From an uncultured Chloroflexia bacterium (GTDB taxonomy: Bacteria > Chloroflexota > Limnocylindria > QHBO01), in contig CAWFCQ010000001.1 of NCBI GenBank assembly GCA_963814375.1, positions 1 to 64,000 on the forward strand: DNA of 64,000 bases, given 5' to 3'. The notes under the pieces are model-generated. The model had not been told where the DNA came from. It made no database searches and saw only the letters and a program-made list of their open reading frames with translations. Within the stretch, counting starts at the first letter, position 1; each line of letters starts with the position of its first letter. Positions 9,544-18,501 of the stretch are shown one piece after another. A program made the position numbers and the translations under genes.

Positions 9544-10454
9544 GACATTTCCTTTGCGGTGCGGGCCGTCAGGGCGAGGTACGCATCGTCCAGGTTGGCC
9601 TGCTCGACCCGAAGGTCATTGGCCACGACCTGGTGCTGCGCCAGGACCGATGTGACGGCGTGGATGACGTTGCCGGTGCCGGTGACGACGAGGAAGGGAC
9701 CCGCCCGCTCGACGTCGTTGACCTCGGGGAGGTCCGCCAGCAGCCGATCCTCGATCGGCGCCGATGGGCGGAATCGAAGCCTCTGCTCGGCGTTGACGCG
9801 CGAGATGATCCCGGCGGGCGTGTCGATCGCGACGATCCGGCCGCCGTCGATGACCGCGACCCGGTCGGCGAGGCGCTCGGCCTCCTCCATCAGGTGGGTG
9901 ACGAGGAGGACGGTCACGCCGCGATCGCGGATCGACTCGATGAGCTGCCACGTCTCGCGGCGAGCCTGCGGGTCGAGACCGGTCGACAGCTCGTCCAGGA
10001 GCGCGACCTTCGGCTTGCCGACGAGGGCGAGGGCGATGGAGAGGCGCTGCTTCTGGCCGCCGGACAGCTTCCGGTACTGCGTGTCGCGCTTCTCGTTCAG
10101 CCCGAGATCCTTGATGAGGGCTGCGGCATCGGCCGGGTCCTCGTAGAACGACGCGAACAGGTCGACGGCCTCGGCGACCGTCATGCGGTCGGGCAGCTCG
10201 CTCTCCTGGAGCTGGACGCCGACGACCGCTCGCAGCCGATCACGATCCTGCTGGGGATCGAGCCCGAGGACGCGGATCGTCCCGCTGTCGGGCTTGCGCA
10301 GGCCGGCGATCGACTCGACGGTCGTCGTCTTGCCGGCGCCGTTCGGGCCGAGGATGCCGAAGATCTCGCCCTCCTCGACGGAGAACGACACGCCGTCGAC
10401 GGCCGCGTGCGTGCCGTAGTGCTTGGTGAGCTCGGTGACTTCGACGATGTTCAT
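9540..10454 (-). CDS. ABC exporter ATP-binding protein
   Basis: GPNGAGKTT, LSGGQKQR, LLDELSTGLD, H-loop. Confidence 0.95.
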   Translation of the reverse strand: MNIVEVTELTKHYGTHAAVDGVSFSVEEGEIFGILGPNGAGKTTTVESIAGLRKPDSGTIRVLGLDPQQDRDRLRAVVGVQLQESELPDRMTVAEAVDLFASFYEDPADAAALIKDLGLNEKRDTQYRKLSGGQKQRLSIALALVGKPKVALLDELSTGLDPQARRETWQLIESIRDRGVTVLLVTHLMEEAERLADRVAVIDGGRIVAIDTPAGIISRVNAEQRLRFRPSAPIEDRLLADLPEVNDVERAGPFLVVTGTGNVIHAVTSVLAQHQVVANDLRVEQANLDDAYLALTARTAKEMS

Positions 10455-10533
10455 GCATCGAGCATCGCCGCCCGCCCTTCAAACCACATCGGCGGGGCGG
10501 CCGGAATCCGCGGCGTGATCGGCTGGTCTCGCG

Positions 10534-10551
10534 ATCCACCGATCGGTTGAT
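10534..10551. promoter_or_regulatory. Palindromic box, candidate NarL-type response regulator site
   Basis: ATCCACCGATCGGTTGAT, 18-bp inverted repeat with one mismatch, about 80 bp upstream of the ABC/two-component operon. Confidence 0.5.
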
Positions 10552-10609
10552 GCCTCGGGGAGGAGCGTGGCTCCTTGACCCTCCCGCAGGCGTTCAATAT
10601 GCTGGGTCC

Positions 10610-11836
10610 ATGTCCAACAATGCGGGACAAGGAGCGGGCACCGACCGCGGGCCATTGTCGGACTTGAGGGTTCTCGAGCTGGGGAACCTCATTGCCGGGC
10701 CGTTCGCCGGACGCCTCCTCGCCGACTTCGGCGCCTCCGTGATCAAGGTCGAGCACCCGGAGCGAGGGGACCCGCTTCGCAAGTGGGGCATGACCTGGGA
10801 CGGCACGGACTCGTTGTGGCACCTCGTTCAGTCGCGCGGCAAACAGTCCGTCGCCGCAGATCTCCACGATCCGGCGGACCAGGCGTTTGTCCGGCAGCTG
10901 GCCCTGGAGAGCGACATCCTGATCGAGAACTTCCGGCCGGGACGCCTCGAGGCCTGGAACCTCGATCCGGAGGACCTGATCGCCGCCAATCCGCGACTCG
11001 TCGTGGTGCGAATATCCGGATACGGCCAGACCGGGCCGATGCGGGACCAGCCCGCCTTCGGAACGATCGCCGAGGCGGCGGGTGGACTGCGCTTCATCAC
11101 CGGAGAGCCGGATCGCCCACCCGGCCGCGTCGGCTTGAGCCTGGGAGACTCGATTGCCTCGCTGCATGCCGTGATCGGCGCCCTCATCGCGCTGCACGAG
11201 CGGGCCGCCTCGGGTCGCGGTCAGGTGGTCGACGTCGCGCTGACCGAGGCACTCTTCTCGATGCTCGAGGGCACGCTTCCGGAGTACGCCTACTTCGGCG
11301 CCGTCCGTCAGCGCACCGGCAACATCGCCCACAACTCGGCACCGACGAATGCATATCTCTGCGCCGATGGAGCGCACGTCTGCATCGCCGCCAACACCAC
11401 GGGGCTGTTCCAGGCGCTCTTCCGGCTCATCGGTAGAGATGGCCTCGCCGATGATCCGGAGCTGGCGACCAATGAGGGACGGGTCGCTCGCGCCTCCGAG
11501 CTGGACGAGGCGATCGCCGAGTGGACGCTCGAGAGAACGGTCGAAGAGGTGGTGGCCACGCTGCGGGCAAACCGCGTGCCGGTCAGCGCGATCAACAGCA
11601 TCGCCGAGATCGCCGCCGACCCCCAGTTCCGCGCACGGGAGATGACGGTGGAGGTGGTCGACCAGAGGCTCGATCGGCCGCTGCTCGTTCCTGGCGTCGT
11701 GCCGAAGCTGTCCCGCACGCCGGGGCGCGTGCCGCCCCTTGCTCAGCCGCTCGGCGCCTCCACCGACGCCGTCCGCGAGGCGCTTGCACGCGAGCCGCAG
11801 CCCGCGTCGCGGCGGCACGGCACCGAAGCCAGGTAG
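10610..11836 (+). CDS. Family III CoA-transferase (CaiB/BaiF)
   Basis: PLSDLRVLELGNLIAGPFAGRLLADFGASVIKVE, ENFRPG, SGYGQTGP; TTGACC-N17-TATGCT then ATG 6 nt later. Confidence 0.92.
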   Translation: MSNNAGQGAGTDRGPLSDLRVLELGNLIAGPFAGRLLADFGASVIKVEHPERGDPLRKWGMTWDGTDSLWHLVQSRGKQSVAADLHDPADQAFVRQLALESDILIENFRPGRLEAWNLDPEDLIAANPRLVVVRISGYGQTGPMRDQPAFGTIAEAAGGLRFITGEPDRPPGRVGLSLGDSIASLHAVIGALIALHERAASGRGQVVDVALTEALFSMLEGTLPEYAYFGAVRQRTGNIAHNSAPTNAYLCADGAHVCIAANTTGLFQALFRLIGRDGLADDPELATNEGRVARASELDEAIAEWTLERTVEEVVATLRANRVPVSAINSIAEIAADPQFRAREMTVEVVDQRLDRPLLVPGVVPKLSRTPGRVPPLAQPLGASTDAVREALAREPQPASRRHGTEAR

Positions 11837-11847
11837 GCACCTACAGC

Positions 11848-12819
11848 GTGGCGCTGGTCAATACCTACCGCGGTCCGGTTGACCCCGATGCGCTCGGCCT
11901 GACACTCATCCACGAGCACATCTTCGTGCGCAACCCCGAGCTCGAGACGAACCTGCCTGATCCGGAGTGGAGCGCCGAGCGGGCGGTCGAGGCGGCCGTC
12001 GAAGGACTCACCGAGCTCCACCGGATCGGGGTGCGGACGATCGTCGACTTGACCGTTCCCGGGCTCGGCCGCGACGTGCGGCTCGTTGCCGAGGTCGCCG
12101 ATCGCGTGCCGATCAACATCGTGGCGGCCACGGGCTGGTATACGCCGAATGTCCTCCCCACCTACTTCGGGTTCCACGGTCCCGGGCGAACCATCGACGA
12201 GCCGGAGCCGCTGGTCGAGCTCTTCGTGCGAGACATCCGGGACGGAATCGCGGGGACCTCGGTGCGGGCGGGCATGCTGAAGGTCATGACCGATGCTGAC
12301 GGCATCACTCCCGACGTGGCGCGCGTCATGGCCGCCGCCGCCCTCGCGCATCGCGAGACCGGCGTTTCGGTCACTACGCACTCGCACCCGGCCTCGCGCA
12401 ACGGGCTGGCCCAGCAGGCGTTCCTCCGGGAGCGCGGCGTACCGCCGGACCGCGTCATCATCGGTCACTCCGGCGACAGCGAGGACCTCGACTATCTGCG
12501 ACAGCTCATGGACAACGGATCGACGATCGGGTTCGATCGCTTCGGCATGGAGCACGTGCTGCCCGATGCGCGACGCGTGCCGACGCTGGTCGCGCTGATC
12601 CGGATGGGCTACGCGGATCGAATCGTGCTGTCGCACGATGCCGCGTTCTACAGCCACGTCACGCCGCCGTCATGGCGGGCACGAAACACGCCACGCTGGC
12701 GCATGGACACCATCGTGCGGCACGTCCTTCCCGCGCTGCGGGCGGCCGGCGTGTCATCCAAGGAGATCGACCAGATGCTCATCGGCAACCCACGCCGACT
12801 CCTGGAGGTGACGTCATGA
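11848..12819 (+). CDS. Phosphotriesterase-like lactonase (amidohydrolase superfamily)
   Basis: LGLTLIHEHI, GLGRD, ATGWY, AGMLK (carbamylated Lys position), TTH, GHSGD, LSHD. Confidence 0.9.
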   Translation: MALVNTYRGPVDPDALGLTLIHEHIFVRNPELETNLPDPEWSAERAVEAAVEGLTELHRIGVRTIVDLTVPGLGRDVRLVAEVADRVPINIVAATGWYTPNVLPTYFGFHGPGRTIDEPEPLVELFVRDIRDGIAGTSVRAGMLKVMTDADGITPDVARVMAAAALAHRETGVSVTTHSHPASRNGLAQQAFLRERGVPPDRVIIGHSGDSEDLDYLRQLMDNGSTIGFDRFGMEHVLPDARRVPTLVALIRMGYADRIVLSHDAAFYSHVTPPSWRARNTPRWRMDTIVRHVLPALRAAGVSSKEIDQMLIGNPRRLLEVTS

Positions 12820-13793
12820 GGGCGGCCCTTCTCGTCAAGCCGGGCGAGATCGTGATCGACGACATCCCCGAGCCGGATGTCGGGCCGGAAGACGTCCTGA
12901 TCGCCGTCGGGGGAGTGGGTCTGTGCGGCTCGGACCTGAGCGTGTTCAGCGGCAAGTGGGCGACGCCGGCCTACCCATGGGTGATGGGGCACGAGGCCTT
13001 CGGCACCATCGCGGCCGTGGGCGAGCGTGTGCCCGCCGAGCGGATCGGCGAGACGGTGGTCGTCGAGCCGAACGTGGCCTGCCTGTCATGCGACCAGTGC
13101 GCTCGGGGCCGAACCTCGGCGTGCGTGGCACGGCAATCGGTCGGCATGAATCGCCAGGGGGCGCTGGCGGAGCGGCTCGTCATTCCGAGCCGCCATGCGT
13201 GGGCATTGAACGGAGTGGCGGCGAGCGACCTCGTGTGCGTCGAGCCGACCGCGGTCGTGCTGGCAGCGCTGCGGCGCCTCGGGGCTCCTCTGCCTCCATC
13301 GGCGCTCATCGTTGGTGTCGGGGCGCAGGGGCTGCTGATGACGCTCGCGCTGATCGAGCGTGGGGTTGAGGTCTACGTCCATGACCTGAACGCGGACCGC
13401 GTGACAACCGCGGTCGGCCTCGGAGCTCGGCCGCCGGCCGCGACCTCGGCCAGCCAGCCGTTCGAGCTCGTGGTCGACACGGTCGGCTCGCCGGCATCGG
13501 TCGAGGCCGCGCTCGATCATATTGAGGTGGGCGGGACGCTGCTGCTCCTGGGGCTCGACGGCCGGCCCTTCGAGCTGACAGCCCAGACGCTCGTGCGGCG
13601 CCAGCTCGTCGTGCGGGGATCGCTCACCTACGACCATCCCGGCGACTTCGGTGCGGCCGTCGAGCTGGTTGCCGCCGGCGCGTTTTCGCCCCGGCGCATC
13701 GTCACCGACGAATATCCGCTCGAGCGCTCTCAGGAGGGCTTCGACCGCTCTCCATCGGCTTCGGGGAAGACCTGGATTCGCATCGGCGGCTGA
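12816..13793 (+). CDS. Zn-dependent dehydrogenase (threonine/sorbitol DH-like MDR)
   Basis: GLCGSD, GHE, CxxCxxC..C structural Zn site, GVGAQG. Confidence 0.9.
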   Translation: MRAALLVKPGEIVIDDIPEPDVGPEDVLIAVGGVGLCGSDLSVFSGKWATPAYPWVMGHEAFGTIAAVGERVPAERIGETVVVEPNVACLSCDQCARGRTSACVARQSVGMNRQGALAERLVIPSRHAWALNGVAASDLVCVEPTAVVLAALRRLGAPLPPSALIVGVGAQGLLMTLALIERGVEVYVHDLNADRVTTAVGLGARPPAATSASQPFELVVDTVGSPASVEAALDHIEVGGTLLLLGLDGRPFELTAQTLVRRQLVVRGSLTYDHPGDFGAAVELVAAGAFSPRRIVTDEYPLERSQEGFDRSPSASGKTWIRIGG

Positions 13794-13805
13794 CGGCGCG
13801 AAGCA

Positions 13806-13860
13806 TTGACCCGCGGTTGCACCGTCCCGTATCATAGGCCAGTGTCCAGATATGCGGAAC
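13806..13860 (+). promoter_or_regulatory. TRAP operon promoter with candidate IclR site
   Basis: TTGACC 13806-13811, TATCAT 13830-13835, followed by GTCC-agatatgc-GGAAC. Confidence 0.5.
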
Positions 13861-13963
13861 GCATGAGCCGCGTCAGTCCAGGAATTCAGGACACTTGGTG
13901 CGCCACCTGCGTCGTGGTGGCTGCGGGCTTGTTTCGTCGGTAACGAGCACTGAGGGAGTGACC

Positions 13964-15026
13964 ATGAGCAGGCGACCCCGGATCTTCGTACCCGCACTCG
14001 GCTTGATACTCGTCCTGGCGGCATGCACCGGTGGAGGCTCGAGCGAGGAGCCATCCGCAAGCGAGCCGGGGAGCGCCGAGCCGTCGTCGGCCGCATCGGA
14101 GCCCGTCGCCCAGGAGTTCGAGCTCACCCTGGCGCATAGCTACCAGGACGGACAGCCACAGGTCGACTGCGGCGCCAACATCATCCGCGACAACGTCGAG
14201 GCGGCCGATGTCGGGGTCAGCGTCGAGATCTTCGGCGCCAGCCAGCTCGGCGGTGACGCCGATCGAATCCAGTCGGTCATCGCCGGCGACATCGACATCG
14301 ACATCCAGGGTGCGTCCGCCCTCAGCGCGGTCTACGAGCCGATGAGCGCCGTCGACGGGGCCTTCGTGTTCGACGACAGCGACCACATGTACCAGTACTT
14401 CTCCGGCGAGGCCTCCGATCCGCTGAAGCAGGGCTTCGAGGAAGAGACCGGCGTGCACATCCTCGGCGGATGGAACACGGGCGCTCGCCAGTTCACCGCC
14501 AATGTGCCGATTCGGTCGCCCGCCGACCTGGAAGGGCTCCGCATGCGCTTCCCGCCATCGCCGCAGTTCCTCATGAACGCAGCGGCCATGGGCGCCGAGC
14601 CGGTCGAGGTCGCGTTCGAGGAGCTCTACCTCGCGCTCGAGCAGGGGACCGTGGACGGCCAGGAGAACCCGATCACGAATATCGACGCCAACAACCTCAT
14701 CGAGGTGCAGGACGTCATCAGCCTCTCAGCGCATCAGCTCAGCTCCAACCTGGTCATCATCGGCGAGGTCTGGAACGAGATGAGCACGGAGCAGCAGGAG
14801 GCCCTGGCAGCCGCCGTCGAGGAGGCGATGGTCCAGGAGCCGGAGCTGCGCCGCCACGGCCGAGGAGGAGATCCTCGCCGGCTGGGAGGCCGACGGTGCG
14901 ATCGAGATCGTGGAGGATGTCGACCGCGACGCCTTCCGCGAGATGGCCGAGCCGTACCTGCGTGAGAACTTCACGCCTGAGCAGGTGGAGGTCCTGGACG
15001 CCATTCGGTCCGTCGTGGACGAGTAA
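13964..15026 (+). CDS. dctP: TRAP transporter substrate-binding lipoprotein, one apparent frameshift near 14848
   Basis: Lipobox LAAC, SQLGG, DLEGLRMR, ELYLALEQGTVDGQENP; C-terminus AATAEEEILAGW...RSVVDE* continues in another frame to 15026. Confidence 0.85.
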
Positions 15027-15036
15027 TCTCAGCGCC

Positions 15037-15063
15037 CGGTGCCCGGATCCTCCACGGGCACCG
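15037..15063 (+). other. Intercistronic stem-loop after dctP
   Basis: CGGTGCCCG-N9-CGGGCACCG perfect 9-bp stem with no U-tract. Confidence 0.55.
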
Positions 15064-15118
15064 CGGCGCCTGACTGCGCCCTGATCTGCGGGGGACGACC
15101 CAGCATGTCTCCGGAGGT

Positions 15119-15712
15119 GTGAGCCAGGTGACGGCCCGCGACGCCGCCGATCGTCCTCCCGCCGAGGCGGAGAGCCTGGGGGGTGAGACGAACCCCGAGC
15201 TCCTGCCTCGGCGCGAGCCGTGGCGCACGATCGTGCATGGAATCGGCATCGGCGAGCAGGTCGTCGGGTCGGTGCTGATGCTCGTCGTCCTGGTGCTGGT
15301 GCTGGCCCAGGTCGCGCAGCGCTATGTTCCCGGGTCGTTCGCGTGGACAGGCGAGGTGGCTCGGCTGGCGATGGTATGGGCCACCTTCGTGATGGCCGGG
15401 TACCTCGCCGCATTCGACCGCCACATCGCCATCCACGTCGTCGACTACGTGCTCGCCGGACGCGCGCTGGCGGCGGTCAAGCTGCTCGCTCACATCGTCG
15501 TTCTGGCGACGAGCGTGGCGATGGTGTACGCGACTTATCAGCTCGTCACCGACGACATCGGCCAGGTGACGGCAGCGGCGCGGCTTCCGCTGCTGTGGGT
15601 CAACGCCGTGCCGATCATCGGCTTCTCGCTGGTCGCGCTCCGCGCCGCCCTCGGAATCGTGCTCGTCGATGTCCCGGGCCTTTCGGGGCGCGACCCCGAG
15701 GCGGCGGCATGA
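15119..15712 (+). CDS. dctQ: TRAP transporter small permease
   Basis: 4 TM helices, QVAQRY...WTGEVAR, HIAIHV. Confidence 0.88.
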   Translation: MSQVTARDAADRPPAEAESLGGETNPELLPRREPWRTIVHGIGIGEQVVGSVLMLVVLVLVLAQVAQRYVPGSFAWTGEVARLAMVWATFVMAGYLAAFDRHIAIHVVDYVLAGRALAAVKLLAHIVVLATSVAMVYATYQLVTDDIGQVTAAARLPLLWVNAVPIIGFSLVALRAALGIVLVDVPGLSGRDPEAAA

Positions 15713-16983
15713 GCCTCCCGCTGCTGCTCATCGCGATCCTCGTGCTGTTCCTGCTTCGCGTGCCGATGGCGTTCGCCATCCTCGGGCCGTCGATGATCTA
15801 TCTGCTGGTGGAGGACTACACCCTGCACCTCGGTGTGCGGGTGATCATGCAGGGGATCAACAGCTGGCCGCTGTTGGCCGTTCCGCTGTTCATCATGGTT
15901 GGGATCGTTGCGACGCGATCGGAGATCGCCGACCGACTCTACGACGCTGCTCTCCTCCTGCTCGGGCCGCTGCGCGCCGGCCTCGCCTACGTGAATATCG
16001 CGGTGAGCCTCGGCTTCTCGTGGATGAGCGGCGCCGCACTGGCGGATGCGGCCGGGATCGGCGCGATCGAGGTCGGCCACATGCGGAAGAAGGGCTATCC
16101 CGCGGAATTCTCCGTGGGGTTGAGCGCAAGCTCCGCGCTGATCAGCCCGATCATGCCGCCCAGCATCCCGGCGGTCGTGTACGCGTCGGTGGCGGCCGTG
16201 TCGACTGGCGCGCTCTTTGCCGCCGCCGTCATCCCGGCGTTTCTCATGACGGCGGCGCTCGTGGCGACCGTCTTCATATGGTCGAGGCGAAGGCCCGACC
16301 TCGTCGGGGACCCCTACAGCTGGGCTGCGACGCGGCGGGCCATCATCCGAGCGATCCCGCCATTGGGTGCACCGATCATCATCCTCGGCGGCATCCTCGG
16401 CGGATTCTTCACGCCGACCGAAGCGGCTGGCATCGGCGCGCTCTACATGCTGCTCCTGGCCCTGTCGTACCGCACGATGCGGATGCGAGACATCGCGCTC
16501 ATCTTCCGCGATACCGCCGTGATCAGCGGTCAGATCATGATCATCATCGGGGCATCCGCGCTGCTCAGCTGGATCCTGGCGCGTGAGCAGGTCCCGCAGA
16601 CCGTCGCGGAGAGCCTCCTGTCACTCACGGACAATCCCGTTGTCTTCCTCATGATCGTGAATGTCCTGCTCCTCGTGTGCGGGATGCTGCTCGAGCCGAC
16701 CTCGGCACTGCTCATCATCACTCCGATTCTCCTTCCGGTGGCTGTTCAGTTCGGCGTCGATCCGGTGCATCTCGGGTCGGTCATCATCTTCAACCTCATG
16801 ATCGGGTTGTTGACTCCTCCGATGGGCGGCGTCGCGTTCGTCCTGAGTTCGGTGACGGGCATTCCCGTCGAGCGGGTGTTCCGGGGCGCCGCGATCTACC
16901 TGCCGGCCATGATCCTGGTGCTCCTGCTCATCACCTACATTCCGGCTCTCACCCTGTGGCTGCCGCAGGCGATCGGGCTATGA
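15709..16983 (+). CDS. dctM: TRAP transporter large permease
   Basis: LLAVPLF, SGAALAD, IMPPSIP, FTPTEA, IGLLTPPMG. Confidence 0.93.
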   Translation: MSLPLLLIAILVLFLLRVPMAFAILGPSMIYLLVEDYTLHLGVRVIMQGINSWPLLAVPLFIMVGIVATRSEIADRLYDAALLLLGPLRAGLAYVNIAVSLGFSWMSGAALADAAGIGAIEVGHMRKKGYPAEFSVGLSASSALISPIMPPSIPAVVYASVAAVSTGALFAAAVIPAFLMTAALVATVFIWSRRRPDLVGDPYSWAATRRAIIRAIPPLGAPIIILGGILGGFFTPTEAAGIGALYMLLLALSYRTMRMRDIALIFRDTAVISGQIMIIIGASALLSWILAREQVPQTVAESLLSLTDNPVVFLMIVNVLLLVCGMLLEPTSALLIITPILLPVAVQFGVDPVHLGSVIIFNLMIGLLTPPMGGVAFVLSSVTGIPVERVFRGAAIYLPAMILVLLLITYIPALTLWLPQAIGL

Positions 16984-17000
16984 CACAGGCGTCCTGAGAG

Positions 17001-17741
17001 ATGTCCGTTCTGGAGAAGGCGAGCGATCTCATCGACTGCCTCGGGCGGGCCGGGGAGCCTGTGACGCTCGGCTACGTGCGCGAGGCGCTGGCCATGCCGA
17101 AGTCGTCGACGCACCGGCTGCTGAGCGAGCTGGCGGCCCTGGGCATCGTTCGTCGCACCGAGGACGGCCGCTACTCGCTCGGGCCGCGCCTGCTGTACTG
17201 GGGCGAAGCCGCGGCCGATACCTTCGACCTGCGCGCGGTCGCCGAGCAGCCGATGCGCCGCCTCCGCGACGACGTCGGCGAGAGCGTCCACCTCTACATT
17301 CGCGAGCACGACACCCGCATCTGCATCGCGGCCGTCGAGGGTCGCCACGAGCTGCGCCCGTTCATTCAGCTCGGCAGGCCCCTTCCGCTGCGCGCCGGGG
17401 CCGCCGGAAAACTGCTGCTGGCGTTCGCGGATCGCGATGTCCAGGAGCTCGAGCTGGCACGCGCGCTGGCGGATGCGAAGACGATGCCCAAGGCGCCAGG
17501 TGCCCGCCTCGCCGAGCAGCTCCGGCAGATCGCCGCGCAGCGCTGGGCGACGTCAGTCGGTGAGCGCGAGGAGGGCGTCTCCGCGGCAGCGACGCCGGTC
17601 GTGGACTCGCGAGACCGCGTGGTGGCCGCCCTGTGCATCTCGGCTCCCACCACCCGCCTCGGCGAAGATGCACTGGGTCGGATGCGCGCCCCGCTGGAGA
17701 CCGGGGCCGCGGAGATCAGTGCGCTGCTGAAGCGCGGCTGA
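17001..17741 (+). CDS. IclR family transcriptional regulator
   Basis: PKSSTHRLL HTH, GESVHL, GKLLLAF, GEREEG. Confidence 0.92.
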   Translation: MSVLEKASDLIDCLGRAGEPVTLGYVREALAMPKSSTHRLLSELAALGIVRRTEDGRYSLGPRLLYWGEAAADTFDLRAVAEQPMRRLRDDVGESVHLYIREHDTRICIAAVEGRHELRPFIQLGRPLPLRAGAAGKLLLAFADRDVQELELARALADAKTMPKAPGARLAEQLRQIAAQRWATSVGEREEGVSAAATPVVDSRDRVVAALCISAPTTRLGEDALGRMRAPLETGAAEISALLKRG

Positions 17742-18501
17742 GCGCCCGCAGTGGCGGCGCAGCGGTCCAGCCCTGCGCGGCGCTGATCTCATCGGCCGCG
17801 GCAGTCAGCTGCGTTCGGAGTCCGTCGAGCCGATCGGCCGTCAGGCGGGCCGTCGGGCCGGAGATCGTGAGCGCGGCGTGGACGACGCCTGCCTGGTCGC
17901 GAATCGGCGCCGCGCCGGCCGCGAGGCCCTCCTCGCGCTCCCCGAACGAGACGGACCACCCCGTCGCGCGAATGTCGGAAAGCTGAGCGGTCAGCTCGTC
18001 CAGCGTCGGCGCCCGGGACGTCAGCGGTTCCTTCGCGACGCGGCGAAGCTCTCCCGCCTGCGTCGCTGGATCGGCAAAGGCGAGAAGGAGCTTGCCGGAC
18101 GCGCCGACCGACAGCGGCAGCGGCTTGCCGATCTCGGTGAAGTGACGGAGCTCGAAGTTCCCGTCGACGGCGGAGACGCACACACGGCGATCGCGCTGAC
18201 GCACGTACAGGTGGACGCTCTCGCCGATTGCGTCCCGCAGGCGCACCATCCCCGGCTTGGCGATCCGCACGATATCGCCGGCGCCGTTGGCAGCCTCGCC
18301 CCACCGCGCCAGCCGCGGCCCCGGGACGTAGTTCGCGGCGCCAACCCGGAACAGCAGGCCGAGCTGCACCAGCTCTGAGAGGAGACGGTGCGTCGATGAG
18401 CGTGGCTGGCCCAGCCGCCCCGCGATCGACGTAAGTGTGGCGGCTTCCGGCGCCTCGGCCACGACGTCGAGGATGAGGGTGGCCTTCTCGAGGACCGACA
18501 T
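17716..18501 (-). CDS. IclR family transcriptional regulator (paralog, convergent)
   Basis: MSVLEKA..., PRSSTHRLL, GESVHL, GKLLLAF; start overlaps the ALDH stop. Confidence 0.92.
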   Translation of the reverse strand: MSVLEKATLILDVVAEAPEAATLTSIAGRLGQPRSSTHRLLSELVQLGLLFRVGAANYVPGPRLARWGEAANGAGDIVRIAKPGMVRLRDAIGESVHLYVRQRDRRVCVSAVDGNFELRHFTEIGKPLPLSVGASGKLLLAFADPATQAGELRRVAKEPLTSRAPTLDELTAQLSDIRATGWSVSFGEREEGLAAGAAPIRDQAGVVHAALTISGPTARLTADRLDGLRTQLTAAADEISAAQGWTAAPPLRALSRASAAH

